Source of the DNA: a virus
Virus record (IMG/VR): IMGVR_UViG_3300047554_000329
Coordinates: 28,925-92,924 of that record
Reading direction: 5' to 3' (one strand)
DNA length: 64,000 nt
The notes below the pieces were generated by a model. It was not told the DNA's origin. It saw nothing but the letters and a program-made list of their open reading frames with translations, and made no database searches. This document shows positions 32,083 to 42,384 of this stretch, in pieces; the first letter of the stretch is position 1, and every line of letters begins with the position of its first letter. Made by a program: the position numbers and the translations under genes.

Positions 32083-32110
32083 TAGAGCTGGGCATCTCTA
32101 CAAACTGCCC
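32083..32110 (+). ncRNA. Putative H-type pseudoknot, copy 1 (3' of SSB)
   Basis: TAGAG-CTGGGCAT-CTCTA-CAAAC-TGCCC; loop GGGCA pairs with TGCCC. Confidence 0.65.
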
Positions 32111-32142
32111 CACACAAACTTTTATTACTAGCGAAGGAAACA

Positions 32143-35100
32143 ATGAGCTACGCTCCACTTCACGTTCACACACACTATAGCCTATTCGATGGCATTGCTA
32201 CACCACAGGAGTACGTTGACCGTGCTGTGTCTGTGGGTATGACCTCTATCTCAATCACAGACCACGGTTCTCTATCTGGTCACCGTGAGATGTATCGTGC
32301 TGCCAAAGCAGCAGGTATCAAGCCAATCCTTGGAGTTGAAGGATATATCTGTAAAGACCGCTTTGACCACGAAGAAAAGGATAAGACAGACCTACTCAAC
32401 CTAAACTACAACCACCTTATCATTCTTGCCAAGAACAAGGTAGGTCTAGAAAACCTTAACAAGCTTAATGAGCTTGCCTGGACAGAGGGTTTCTTTAAGA
32501 AGCCTCGTATGGACTGGAGCATTCTAGAGCAATACAAAGAGGGTCTAGTCATTACTTCTGGATGTCTTTCAGGATTTCTTTGCAAGGCTATCGAAGCAGA
32601 CAACCTAGCAGTAGCCAAGGAACACATCAAGTGGGCTAAGGATACTTTTGGTGACGACTACTACATTGAAGTTATGCCACACAACCCTGCAGAAGTAAAC
32701 AAGATGCTACTTGACCTTGCAGATGAATTTGGTATCAAGCCTGTAATTACTCCAGACTGCCACCACGCAGACAAGTCACAGCGTGACATTCAAGAACTCA
32801 AGCTTATCCTAAACTCATACTCTAACAAAACTGAGAAAGAAGTAACTTTCGCTGGTACTCAGAAGTACGACAACCTTATGGACAAGCTAGACTACTTGTA
32901 TGGTGCAGACCGTCAGATGTCTTTCAAGAACTTTGAGATTCACCTATTGTCTGACGAAGAGATGCGTAACGCCATGCTTGCTCAGGGCATTGACCGTGAA
33001 GATATGTACCAGAACAGCAAGGACATTGCAGACCAGATTGAAGACTATGAGATTCAAGATAATCTAGATTTGCTTCCAGCACAGTATGTTAACCCAGACC
33101 AAGAGCTATATGAACTAGCGATTGAGGGGCTTACTAAGCGTGGACTACACACTAACCAGGAGTACCTAGACAGACTTGATGAAGAGCTTTCTGTTATCAA
33201 AGACAAGAAGTTTGGACCTTACTTCCTAGTTGTTCGTAATATGATTAACTGGGCTAAGAAAGAAGACATCATGGTAGGACCAGGACGTGGTTCTGCTGCG
33301 GGTTCACTGCTCTGCTATGCTCTTGGTATCACAGACGTAGACCCAATTCAGCATGGTCTTCTGTTCTTCCGATTCATTAACCCAGAGCGTAACGACTTCC
33401 CAGATATCGATACAGATATCCAGGACTCACGCCGAGAAGAGGTTAAGGACTACCTTGTTCGCCAATACCGTCACGTTGCATCTATTGCAACATTCCTTGA
33501 GTTCAAGGGCAAGGGTATTGTTCGTGACGTGGCTCGTGTTCTAAACATTCCGCTACCTGACGTTAACAAGGTTCTTAAGCTTGTAGACGACTGGGACGAG
33601 TACCTAACGTCTAAGTCAACAGCAGAGTTCCGTGAGAAGTATCCAGAGATTGAAGAGTATGGCGAGCAATTGCGTGGTCGTATTCGTGGTACTGGTATCC
33701 ACGCTGCAGGTGTTGTAACGTCTAAGGAGCCTATCTTTAAGTTCGCACCACTAGAAACACGTACCAGTCCTGGCAATAAGGAGCGTATCCCTGTTGTGGC
33801 GGTAGACATGGAAGAAGCAGAGCGTATCGGTCTGATTAAGATTGACGCACTTGGTCTAAAGACTCTATCCGTTATTCAGGACACGCTAAAGATTATTGAA
33901 GAGCGTACTAACGAGAAGATTGACCTACACAAGATTGACATGGAAGACAAAAAGGTTTACGCCATGTTGTCTGACGGATTCACCAAGGGCGTGTTCCAGT
34001 GTGAAGCCACACCATACACAAACCTGCTAGTTAAGATGGGTGTTAAAAACTTTAATGAGTTGGCTGCATCTAACGCTCTAGTTCGCCCAGGTGCTATGAA
34101 CACCATTGGTAAAGACTACATTGCTCGTAAGCATGGTAAGCAAAACCTAGACTACAAGCACGTCAACATGAAGAAGTTTACCGAAGAGACTTACGGATGT
34201 ATTCTTTATCAGGAACAAGTTATGCTTGCTTGTACTGAACTTGGTGGAATGACCATGGCAGAAGCTGACAAGGTTCGTAAGATTATTGGTAAGAAAAAGG
34301 ATGCTAAAGAGTTCAAGCAGTTCCAAGACAAGTTTGTTGAGGGTGCTTCACGCTTCCTATCTCCAAACGTTGCAGAAGACCTGTGGCACGACTTTGAGGC
34401 TCACGCAGGGTACTCGTTCAACAAGTCTCACGCTGTAGCATACTCAACGCTATCATACTGGACAGCATGGCTAAAGTATCACTATCCAATTGAGTTTATG
34501 TATTCATTGCTCAAGAACGAGGGCGACAAGGATGCTCGCACAGAGTACCTAATCGAAGCAAAGCGTATGGGTATTCCTATCCGTCTACCACACATCAACG
34601 ACTCAGACATTGACTTTACAATCGAAGGAAAGGGAATCCGCTTTGGACTTTCAGCAATCAAATACATTTCTGACAACATTGCTTCTAAGTATATTGCTGC
34701 TCGCCCTTTTAGCTCCTACAAACAACTTGAGGAGTTTAGTTTTGGCAAGGGCAATGGTGTTAATAGCCGTGCCTTGCAAGCTCTTCGTCTTATTGGTGCT
34801 GCAACTTTTGATGATAATCCTAGGAATGATGAAGAAGTTAAAGAAAATCTTTACGAATACCTAAACCTACCAGAGTTTAACGTATCGATTCCACAGCACT
34901 ACCACGCATTTATTAATGACGTAGAAGAGTATGAGGAAAAGGGTTCGTTTATCCTAATGGGTATGGTCAAGGGTATCAAGCGTGGCAAAGGTTGGTCACG
35001 AGTTGAGATTCTAGATAAGACTGGTAGTGTTGGCATCTTCGATGAAGAGCAGTCAACTATCGAAGCAGGTCGCACTTACATCTTGCTGGCAAGCGATAAC

Positions 35101-35418
35101 AGAATTGTTACTGCTATTCCAGCAGACGAGATTAAGGGAAACCAAACAGGATTGATTAAGATTCTAAACTTCCGTATGCTGCCATACAAAGAGGATGAAC
35201 TCTTTGTGGTATCATTCAAGCCACGAGTTACCAAGACAGGTAAGAAGATGGCTTCCCTAGTGCTAGCAGACGCTACACGGACGCTACACAGCGTTACAGT
35301 ATTCCCTACGGCTTTCTCCAAGGCTTATATGAAGATTGACGAGGGTAACGTATACAAATTCTCTTTGGGTAAAACTAAAGACGGAACAACAATTATGGAG
35401 GATGTATTTAATGTTTGA
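32143..35418 (+). CDS. dnaE: DNA polymerase III alpha subunit
   Basis: PHP domain HVHTHYS/TDHG, GRGSAAGS, PDIDTD, HAAG, KIDALGL, YSFNKSH; no intein apparent. Confidence 0.97.
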   Translation: MSYAPLHVHTHYSLFDGIATPQEYVDRAVSVGMTSISITDHGSLSGHREMYRAAKAAGIKPILGVEGYICKDRFDHEEKDKTDLLNLNYNHLIILAKNKVGLENLNKLNELAWTEGFFKKPRMDWSILEQYKEGLVITSGCLSGFLCKAIEADNLAVAKEHIKWAKDTFGDDYYIEVMPHNPAEVNKMLLDLADEFGIKPVITPDCHHADKSQRDIQELKLILNSYSNKTEKEVTFAGTQKYDNLMDKLDYLYGADRQMSFKNFEIHLLSDEEMRNAMLAQGIDREDMYQNSKDIADQIEDYEIQDNLDLLPAQYVNPDQELYELAIEGLTKRGLHTNQEYLDRLDEELSVIKDKKFGPYFLVVRNMINWAKKEDIMVGPGRGSAAGSLLCYALGITDVDPIQHGLLFFRFINPERNDFPDIDTDIQDSRREEVKDYLVRQYRHVASIATFLEFKGKGIVRDVARVLNIPLPDVNKVLKLVDDWDEYLTSKSTAEFREKYPEIEEYGEQLRGRIRGTGIHAAGVVTSKEPIFKFAPLETRTSPGNKERIPVVAVDMEEAERIGLIKIDALGLKTLSVIQDTLKIIEERTNEKIDLHKIDMEDKKVYAMLSDGFTKGVFQCEATPYTNLLVKMGVKNFNELAASNALVRPGAMNTIGKDYIARKHGKQNLDYKHVNMKKFTEETYGCILYQEQVMLACTELGGMTMAEADKVRKIIGKKKDAKEFKQFQDKFVEGASRFLSPNVAEDLWHDFEAHAGYSFNKSHAVAYSTLSYWTAWLKYHYPIEFMYSLLKNEGDKDARTEYLIEAKRMGIPIRLPHINDSDIDFTIEGKGIRFGLSAIKYISDNIASKYIAARPFSSYKQLEEFSFGKGNGVNSRALQALRLIGAATFDDNPRNDEEVKENLYEYLNLPEFNVSIPQHYHAFINDVEEYEEKGSFILMGMVKGIKRGKGWSRVEILDKTGSVGIFDEEQSTIEAGRTYILLASDNRIVTAIPADEIKGNQTGLIKILNFRMLPYKEDELFVVSFKPRVTKTGKKMASLVLADATRTLHSVTVFPTAFSKAYMKIDEGNVYKFSLGKTKDGTTIMEDVFNV

Positions 35419-35746
35419 TGAAGTATCGCAACACCTGCACGAGGTTGCAGTAGAAAAAGGTTTCTGGGATGTGATTAAAGATGCTCCGCAAGAGCAGGTA
35501 GACATCTTTATGACCAAGCAACTGATGATGATTGTATCAGAGGCTACAGAGGTTATGGAGGCTATTCGTAAGTCACACGGTCCAGAGGCAGTAGCAGACG
35601 AGGTGGCAGATATTCTTATCCGCACACTTGACCTGTACGCAGGATTGCTTGAGCACGAATACACAAACGTATCACTTGACGAAGCATTTGAAAAGAAGAC
35701 TGCTTTTAACAAGTCACGACCACAGAAGCATGGGGTAAAGTTTTAA
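35411..35746 (+). CDS. MazG-like nucleotide pyrophosphohydrolase
   Basis: SEATEVMEAIRK..DEVADILIR motif. Confidence 0.85.
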   Translation: MFDEVSQHLHEVAVEKGFWDVIKDAPQEQVDIFMTKQLMMIVSEATEVMEAIRKSHGPEAVADEVADILIRTLDLYAGLLEHEYTNVSLDEAFEKKTAFNKSRPQKHGVKF

Positions 35747-36756
35747 TGACAACCATGGAAGAAGCTCTAGCATTGCTAGACCCAAAGATTAGAAAGCGTC
35801 TAACTAACGGTGTGGGCTTTACTACAACGTTCCAGAAGACCCCTAGCTATGGTCTAAACCGTGCTCTTAATGGTGGATTGCCATATGGTCGTCAGGTGCT
35901 TATCTGGGGCAGCAAGTCGTCTGCAAAGTCGTCTCTCTGCCTACAGATGATTGCCCTGGCTCAAGAAGAGGGTAAGCTCTGTGCCTGGATTGATGCTGAG
36001 ATGTCTTACTCAGAGGACTGGGCTAAGAAGCTTGGGGTAGACACAGACAACCTAATCGTATCACAGGCTCGTACCATCAATGAGATGGTAGATGTTGGCA
36101 CTGCTCTAATGAACGCAGGTGTGGACCTGATTGTTATTGACTCAATCACCTCGCTACTACCAGCAATCTACTTTGAAAAGGGAACAGATGAACTTAAGGA
36201 ACTTGAAAACACTAAGCAAATCGGTGCTGAGTCAAGAGACTTTAGCAACGCTTGGAAGATGCTTAACTACGCTAATAACAAAGTTAAGCCTACTATGCTT
36301 GTCCTTATTAGCCAGTCTAGGAATAATATTTCTGCTATGTATACTTCTCAGCAGCCTAGCGGTGGTCAAGCTACTAAGTTTTATTCATCGACGGTTATCA
36401 AGCTATTCAGTTCCGAATCAGACAATCAGGCTATTAAGGGAAAAATTGCTGTTGGAGATAAACTCATTGAGGAAAAGGTTGGACGCAAAGTTCGTTGGGA
36501 AGTCCAGTTCTCCAAGACATCGCCAGCCTTCCAGTCTGGGGAGTACGATTTTTATTTCCGTGGGGACGTTGGTGTTGATAGCATCGGTGACCTCGTGGAT
36601 ACTGCAGAAATGATGGGTATTGTAAGTCGTACAGGAGCCTGGTACATCCTACCAGATGGCTCTAAGCTGCAGGGTAGAGAAGCATTTGTGAATCGTGTTC
36701 GTGAAGACCTAGACTTGCAAGACTCTATTAAGGCACAGGTCAATGGCGAAGTATAA
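35746..36756 (+). CDS. recA: RecA-like recombinase
   Basis: GGLPYGR, variant Walker A GSKSSAKS, WIDAE, VIDSI, GGQATKFYSS, GAWY. Confidence 0.93.
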   Translation: MTTMEEALALLDPKIRKRLTNGVGFTTTFQKTPSYGLNRALNGGLPYGRQVLIWGSKSSAKSSLCLQMIALAQEEGKLCAWIDAEMSYSEDWAKKLGVDTDNLIVSQARTINEMVDVGTALMNAGVDLIVIDSITSLLPAIYFEKGTDELKELENTKQIGAESRDFSNAWKMLNYANNKVKPTMLVLISQSRNNISAMYTSQQPSGGQATKFYSSTVIKLFSSESDNQAIKGKIAVGDKLIEEKVGRKVRWEVQFSKTSPAFQSGEYDFYFRGDVGVDSIGDLVDTAEMMGIVSRTGAWYILPDGSKLQGREAFVNRVREDLDLQDSIKAQVNGEV

Positions 36757-36928
36757 CATCTACACAGGTAAGTTTGTTTGCCACACCTGCAAGGCTGAGG
36801 TAAAGAGCCTACGCTCTTATCCAAGCACTAAAGAGCTAACATGGATGTGTCCTGAAAAGCACGTCAGCGTAGTTAGTTTTGCAAAGAAAAAGAGAAAGGG
36901 AGACTTTGAGCGAGAAGAGCGAGAGTAA
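36743..36928 (+). CDS. Small zinc-binding protein
   Basis: CHTC..CPEKH. Confidence 0.55.
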   Translation: MAKYNIYTGKFVCHTCKAEVKSLRSYPSTKELTWMCPEKHVSVVSFAKKKRKGDFEREERE

Positions 36929-37193
36929 GCGTATCGGTGCTAAACAGCACAAGAACTCTGGTCGTGGAACTCATAAAGGCGATGCCTCTTGGGAAAACTT
37001 TACAGTTGACTTCAAAGAGGTTGGCAAGTCATTTACTCTAAACAAAGAGGTATGGGCTAAAGCTGTTACGGATGCTATCCGTAATGGCAATGACCCTGCT
37101 ATTGTGGTAGTACTTGGAGATTCAGGTATCAAGACAAGATTAGCGGTAATAGAACTCTCCCTACTTGAACAAATACTGTCTGATAGTGTATAA
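36906..37193 (+). CDS. PD-(D/E)xK nuclease / Holliday-resolvase-like protein
   Basis: NSG..KGD..VDFK motif. Confidence 0.65.
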   Translation: MSEKSESKRIGAKQHKNSGRGTHKGDASWENFTVDFKEVGKSFTLNKEVWAKAVTDAIRNGNDPAIVVVLGDSGIKTRLAVIELSLLEQILSDSV

Positions 37194-37220
37194 TAGAAGT
37201 ACAACGATTAAGGAATTAAC

Positions 37221-37526
37221 TTGGAAGAAGTAAAAACAACGATTGAACAAGTCAATGGTTTGGTAGAGATTGCTGAATACATGGAAGACGAAGAGTTGAC
37301 CACAGCACTTACATTCATTGCAAAACTAATTATCAAACCAGACATTCCACTGAATGTTGCAACCGTGGAGATTGTACGCTTGCAAGCAATTGCAGCTAAG
37401 ATGTCCTTCAAAGCCACATGGCTAACTAACGTAGATAAAGGAGACAGAGCGAAAAAGAATATTTATTACACCGCTGCAGAGGCTATTAACAACCTCGTAT
37501 CGGCTCTTAAATATATCACTCGCTAG
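37221..37526 (+). CDS. Hypothetical protein
   Basis: TTG start with SD AAGGA; promoter TATAAT near 37189. Confidence 0.65.
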   Translation: MEEVKTTIEQVNGLVEIAEYMEDEELTTALTFIAKLIIKPDIPLNVATVEIVRLQAIAAKMSFKATWLTNVDKGDRAKKNIYYTAAEAINNLVSALKYITR

Positions 37527-37534
37527 TGTTGATT

Positions 37535-38335
37535 ATGGCAAAAAGTTTATTGCAACAAGTAATGCTCAAGGTAGAAGACAAGGTGGCATCAAAGCCATCC
37601 TTTCTTGACAAAGAAGCCTTGATAGAAAAGATTCAGCACGGATACATTGTAAATCGTGTTGATAAGTTTCAAACTAAGAAAACATTTGCACCTAGCACGA
37701 TTGCATTCTCGCATGGAGAGTGTCCTCGTTACTGGTATCTAGCCTTTGAGGGTGCTGTGTTTACTGACAATGCAGATGCCTATGGCGGAGCAAACATGAC
37801 TGCTGGTACAAAGTCACATGAGCGTATCCAGGAAGCTATGGGCAACGCAGGTATCCTAAAGGACTCTGAGTTCAAGGTCACTTATGACGACCCACCAATC
37901 TTTGGATATGGTGACGTTATTCTTGACTGGGAAGGTATGGACCTGCTTGGTGAAATCAAGACCATGCCTAACGAAGGCTTTGAGTATCGCAAGATTGCAG
38001 GTAAGCCAAAGACTGGACACCTTATCCAGTTGCTTATCTATATGAAGATTCTTAACAGAAGCAAAGCAATTCTGATTTATGAAAACAAGAACAATCACGA
38101 GTTGCTAATCTTCCCTGTTGAGTTGAATGAATACTATTTTAAGTGGGTAGAGAACGCTTTTGAGTGGATGAGAAATGTTCGAAAGGCTTGGGAAGACAAG
38201 ACCCTGCCAGAGAAAAACTATCGCTCAAATTCTAAAATTTGTAAGACCTGTCCTATTAAGGATGCGTGTAACAATGCTGGTTCTGGAGTGATTAAAATCA
38301 AATCTCTGGAGCCATTGGATGATAAAGCATTGTGA
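37535..38335 (+). CDS. Cas4-like (PD-(D/E)xK, Fe-S) exonuclease
   Basis: CPR..GTKSHE..D..EIKT..QLLIY..CKTCPIKDAC. Confidence 0.85.
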   Translation: MAKSLLQQVMLKVEDKVASKPSFLDKEALIEKIQHGYIVNRVDKFQTKKTFAPSTIAFSHGECPRYWYLAFEGAVFTDNADAYGGANMTAGTKSHERIQEAMGNAGILKDSEFKVTYDDPPIFGYGDVILDWEGMDLLGEIKTMPNEGFEYRKIAGKPKTGHLIQLLIYMKILNRSKAILIYENKNNHELLIFPVELNEYYFKWVENAFEWMRNVRKAWEDKTLPEKNYRSNSKICKTCPIKDACNNAGSGVIKIKSLEPLDDKAL

Positions 38336-38609
38336 TTGGTGTGACAACAAGTTCACACAAAAAGTAAAGTATCAGATTTACTGTTCTGCAGACTGTAGGG
38401 CGTTAGCAACCAAAGAAAAGATTGCTCAACGCTACATACAGGAGAGAACAAAAAAGAGGGCATTGGTAAAGAGGTTCTGCAAGTCTTGTGGTAATCTCTT
38501 GTCAATGTATAATGATACTCAGTTGTGTGAGCTTTGTGATGTTAATCCAAGCGATGTTTCTAAAGCACTCAAAGATATAAAGAGGATGCTCAACGATGAA
38601 TCTAAGTAA
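38319..38609 (+). CDS. Cys-rich zinc-finger protein
   Basis: CDWC, YCSADC, CKSC, CELC. Confidence 0.7.
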   Translation: MIKHCDWCDNKFTQKVKYQIYCSADCRALATKEKIAQRYIQERTKKRALVKRFCKSCGNLLSMYNDTQLCELCDVNPSDVSKALKDIKRMLNDESK

Positions 38610-39171
38610 GCTAAAAGAAAAACCAAAGAAGTTCTGTGCTATTGATGCTAGTACAAATAGCCTGGCATTTGCAGTGTTTGATGGCAAAAAGATTATTGCC
38701 TGTGGCAAGATTAACTTTGCTGGCGTTACAACATTTGACAAGGTAATGGATGCTGCTAAGAAGACAAAAGCCTTCTTTGATAAGTTTGATTTTGATGCAG
38801 TCATTATTGAGCACACGGTATTTATGAACAGCCCTAAGACAGCAGCACAGCTTGCTACGCTGCAGGGAGCATTGCTAGGGGCTGCAGGAATGGCTGGGGT
38901 AAAGAGAATCGGTTCCGTATCTCCAATGACCTGGCAGAACTTTATTGGTAATAAGAAACTAACTAAAGAAGAAAAGGCAGAGATTGCTAAGAAGAATCCT
39001 GGCAAGTCTGTGTCTTGGTTTAAGAATGAAGAACGCTCCATTCGTAAACAGAGAACGATTAACTTTGTTAACATAAACTATGACAAAGAACTAACAGATG
39101 ATGATGTTGCAGATGCCTGTGCAATCGGACACTGGGCATTGTCAAACTGGGAAAAGGCATTTGGGTATTGA
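38596..39171 (+). CDS. ruvC: RuvC-like Holliday junction resolvase
   Basis: AIDAST, IIE, DDVADACAI catalytic motifs. Confidence 0.82.
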   Translation: MNLSKLKEKPKKFCAIDASTNSLAFAVFDGKKIIACGKINFAGVTTFDKVMDAAKKTKAFFDKFDFDAVIIEHTVFMNSPKTAAQLATLQGALLGAAGMAGVKRIGSVSPMTWQNFIGNKKLTKEEKAEIAKKNPGKSVSWFKNEERSIRKQRTINFVNINYDKELTDDDVADACAIGHWALSNWEKAFGY

Positions 39172-39175
39172 CATC

Positions 39176-39331
39176 ATGGCGAATAAGCTGTATACTAATG
39201 AGATGTGGTTACGCAAACGTTTCCACGTAGACAAGAAGACACCACAGGAAATTGCAAAAGAATGCGGTACTAGCGTAGAAACTATCTACGTCTATCTAGC
39301 CAAGTTCGGATTAAGGAAGTCAAAAAGGTGA
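39176..39331 (+). CDS. Small HTH protein
   Basis: TPQEIAKECGTSVETIYVYLAKFGL. Confidence 0.75.
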   Translation: MANKLYTNEMWLRKRFHVDKKTPQEIAKECGTSVETIYVYLAKFGLRKSKR

Positions 39332-39567
39332 GCACTAAACTAAACATTACCGTAGACCAAGTAAACCACCCACCACACTATACCTCTGACCCCAGTGGTG
39401 TTGAGTGTATTCAGATTACTAGACATCGCAACTTTAATATTGGTAATGCGTTTAAGTATCTATGGCGAGCAGGTCTCAAAGACGAGCAAAAGACTATTCA
39501 GGATTTGGAGAAGGCTATCTTCTACATCCAAGACGAGATTAAGCGACTACAGGGAGAAGCTAAGTAA
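39328..39567 (+). CDS. DUF3310 (SaV-like) protein
   Basis: VNHPPHY..ECI..GNAFKYLWRAGLK..DLEKAIFY. Confidence 0.85.
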   Translation: MSTKLNITVDQVNHPPHYTSDPSGVECIQITRHRNFNIGNAFKYLWRAGLKDEQKTIQDLEKAIFYIQDEIKRLQGEAK

Positions 39568-39857
39568 TGGGACGCAGAAAAAAGTATGTAACACCAATTA
39601 TTGCTACTAAGTTTAGTAGAGAAGATTCTGTCGTAATTAACGGATTTCAAATCAATCGTGGTGATACAATTAAAGTAAAGGATGAATACGGTGGCAAGTT
39701 TAAGTTCGAATACTTTGTAACCAATACTGAGACTGGTGCTCAGTGGGTAGACTGTTTTGAAATTATTAACAAGGTCCCATCTGTGTTTCGTTCTTTTAAG
39801 GTAGACCGTGTAAAGCGTGTACCAACAAAAGGCAAGAGGAGTAAGCGTGTCGATTGA
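39567..39857 (+). CDS. Hypothetical protein
   Basis: Coupled ORF. Confidence 0.6.
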   Translation: MGRRKKYVTPIIATKFSREDSVVINGFQINRGDTIKVKDEYGGKFKFEYFVTNTETGAQWVDCFEIINKVPSVFRSFKVDRVKRVPTKGKRSKRVD

Positions 39858-40380
39858 AGACCTAACAGTTGAGCATCTAGACGAGATGAACAAGGTTGTG
39901 GAGAAGTATCTCCAGGGCGAAGAGCCTACCCAGATTTCAAAGGCTTTGGCTATGCCAAGACAAAAGGTTGTGGCTCACATTGCTCAGTGGCGTACGCTTG
40001 CTTCTGATAACGCTGCTATCCGTGCTCGTGCTAAAGAGGCATTGGCAGGTGCTGACACACACTACAGCAAGCTAATTAGCAAAGCCTACGAGGTCATTGA
40101 CGAAGCAACTACCACAGCAAATCTAGGAGCTAAGACCGCAGGTATCAAGTTAGTCATGGACCTTGAGAAGACTCGTATTGATATGCTACAGAAGGCTGGT
40201 CTGCTTGAGAACAAGGAGCTAGCAGAAGAGATGCTGGAGATTGAGCGTAAGCAGGATATCCTAGTAAACATTCTTCGTGACATTGCTAGCGAGTATCCAC
40301 AGATTCGTGACGAGATTATGCGTAGGCTGTCGCAGGTATCCAAAGAACAAGAGGTAATAACTATTGTCAACAATGTTTGA
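39847..40380 (+). CDS. Putative terminase small subunit
   Basis: N-terminal HTH-like region, helical, overlaps the large subunit start. Confidence 0.55.
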   Translation: MSIEDLTVEHLDEMNKVVEKYLQGEEPTQISKALAMPRQKVVAHIAQWRTLASDNAAIRARAKEALAGADTHYSKLISKAYEVIDEATTTANLGAKTAGIKLVMDLEKTRIDMLQKAGLLENKELAEEMLEIERKQDILVNILRDIASEYPQIRDEIMRRLSQVSKEQEVITIVNNV

Positions 40381-42151
40381 TGAATTCTTTGAGGTTCTTA
40401 AGAACAATAACTTTGAAGAGATTCCAGTAGATGCAAAGACATTTGTAGAGGGTGCAGAGTTTCTAGGGCAGCCTCCATTGTCAAGCCATCAGTACGACAT
40501 TGTTGAAGCAATGAGTCAAATCTACAAGTTGGAAGACTTGATTGACATTATGGGCGACACAGAGGGTCGCAGGTACTACAAGAAGTACACAAAGAATGAG
40601 GTTATCCTACAACTTGGTAAAGGTTCTGGTAAGGACTTTACATCTACTGTAGCCTGTGCTTACATCGTTTATAAGCTACTTTGTCTTAAAGACCCTGCTC
40701 GTTATTTTGGTAAGCCAGCAGGTGACGCTATCGATATTATTAACGTGGCTATTAACGCACAACAGGCTAAGAACGTTTTCTTTAAGGGTTTTAAAAACAA
40801 AATTGAACGCTCACCTTGGTTTGCTGGAAAGTATGACCCAAAGGCTGACCAGATTGAGTTTGACAAGTCTATTACAGTTTATTCTGGTCACTCTGAGCGT
40901 GAGTCTCACGAGGGTCTTAACCTTATCCTAGCAGTACTTGACGAGATTTCTGGTTTTGCACAAGAGGTTGGAACAGGTAACGACCAAGGAAAGACCGCAG
41001 ACAACATCTACAAAGCTTTCCGTGCTTCTGTAGACTCTCGTTTCCCAGACCTAGGCAAAGTAGCTCTGCTATCATTTCCTCGTTATCCAGGAGACTTTAT
41101 TTCCTCGCAATATGACAAGGTGATTGCAGAAAAAGAAACCATTACAAAGCATCACAAGTTTATTATGAATCCAGAGTTGCCAGAAGACGCAGAAGGCAAC
41201 AGCATGGAAATTGAGTGGGATGAAGACACAGTTATCTCCTACAAGTATCCTGGCGTATTTGCACTTAAGAGACCTACCTGGGTAATCAATCCCACTCGTA
41301 GTATTGAGGACTTTAAGGTAGCATTCTTTACAGACATGGGGGATGCCATGCAGCGTTTTGCTTGTGTCCCAACATTCTCCTCAGACAGATTCTTTAAGCA
41401 AGAGGATAAGATTCGTGCTGCAATGACCATTCGTAATCCACTAGATAGCACTAGGAGATTTGACGAGACATTTGTTCCAGACCCAGAGAAGACCTATTTT
41501 GTCCACGCTGACCTTGCACAGAAGCATGACAAGTGTGCTGTTGCTATTGCTCACGTAGAAAAGTGGGTATCTGTTCAGGTAATTAAAGACTATGAGCAAG
41601 TAGTGCCAGTAATCGTTGTAGACGCTGTAGCATGGTGGGAGCCTCGCAGAGAGGGTCCTGTAAACTTGTCAGAGGTTAAGCAATGGATTCAGAACCTACG
41701 AAGACTAGGATTTAACATTGGTTTAGTATCGTTTGACCGTTGGAACTCATTCGACATTCAGAACGAGCTTAAGTCTGTTGGTATTAGAACTGATACTGTT
41801 TCTGTTGCCAAAAAGCACTACGAGGATATGGCTATGCTTGTCTATGAAGACCGCTTGGTCATGCCGTCTATTGAGCTTCTGTTTGAAGAGCTAACAGAGC
41901 TAAAGATTATTAAGCAGAACCGTGTAGACCACCCACGCAAGTCCTCCAAAGACTTAGCTGACGCTGTGTGTGGGGCAATCTTTGGGGCTATCTCACATAC
42001 CCCTAGAGATATGAATAAGGAAGTAGACATCCACACATTTAGGGATAGACCAAAGGTAGACAAAACTACACTTCCAACAAACACGATTATTATTGAGCCT
42101 AGACAGGCAGAGGAAGCAAAAGAGTATCTCTCACAGTTCAAGGTGGTATAA
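40364..42151 (+). CDS. Terminase large subunit
   Basis: Walker A GKGSGKD, Walker B AVLDE, nuclease HADLA..D and DHP..SKDLADA. Confidence 0.9.
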   Translation: MSTMFDEFFEVLKNNNFEEIPVDAKTFVEGAEFLGQPPLSSHQYDIVEAMSQIYKLEDLIDIMGDTEGRRYYKKYTKNEVILQLGKGSGKDFTSTVACAYIVYKLLCLKDPARYFGKPAGDAIDIINVAINAQQAKNVFFKGFKNKIERSPWFAGKYDPKADQIEFDKSITVYSGHSERESHEGLNLILAVLDEISGFAQEVGTGNDQGKTADNIYKAFRASVDSRFPDLGKVALLSFPRYPGDFISSQYDKVIAEKETITKHHKFIMNPELPEDAEGNSMEIEWDEDTVISYKYPGVFALKRPTWVINPTRSIEDFKVAFFTDMGDAMQRFACVPTFSSDRFFKQEDKIRAAMTIRNPLDSTRRFDETFVPDPEKTYFVHADLAQKHDKCAVAIAHVEKWVSVQVIKDYEQVVPVIVVDAVAWWEPRREGPVNLSEVKQWIQNLRRLGFNIGLVSFDRWNSFDIQNELKSVGIRTDTVSVAKKHYEDMAMLVYEDRLVMPSIELLFEELTELKIIKQNRVDHPRKSSKDLADAVCGAIFGAISHTPRDMNKEVDIHTFRDRPKVDKTTLPTNTIIIEPRQAEEAKEYLSQFKVV

Positions 42152-42168
42152 TAATAGCATGAGGAACT

Positions 42169-42336
42169 ATGGTCAATCGTAATCTGCAGCCATTCCATAT
42201 GCGTGAAAGCCAGCACTTACATTTACGAAGACCTAGAAACCTGCTCAAAAGCCAAAGAAAACTAAGCCCTACAAGATACGATAGACAAAGTAGGATGGCT
42301 CCTAATAATCAAAATCAAAACTTATCTTACCAATGA
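42169..42336 (+). CDS. Small basic hypothetical protein (55 aa)
   Basis: MVNRNLQPFHMRES...; SD GAGGA and TATAAT upstream. Confidence 0.45.
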   Translation: MVNRNLQPFHMRESQHLHLRRPRNLLKSQRKLSPTRYDRQSRMAPNNQNQNLSYQ

Positions 42337-42384
42337 TGATATAATGGTACTGTTGGGGAACTTCCCAACTAGGAGAAGGGAAAA

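Noticed and set aside
37535-38335. Cas4-like gene as a sign of a CRISPR-Cas system
   Set aside because: No repeat-spacer array and no other cas genes; solo Cas4-like nucleases are common in phage recombination modules.
32143-42151. Inteins or introns in dnaE, recA or terL
   Set aside because: Lengths are ordinary, motifs are contiguous, and no intein terminal signatures or LAGLIDADG motifs were seen.
42159-42182. Leaderless 7-aa ORF MRNYGQS
   Set aside because: Too short to support; the overlapping 55-aa ORF with an SD is the simpler reading.
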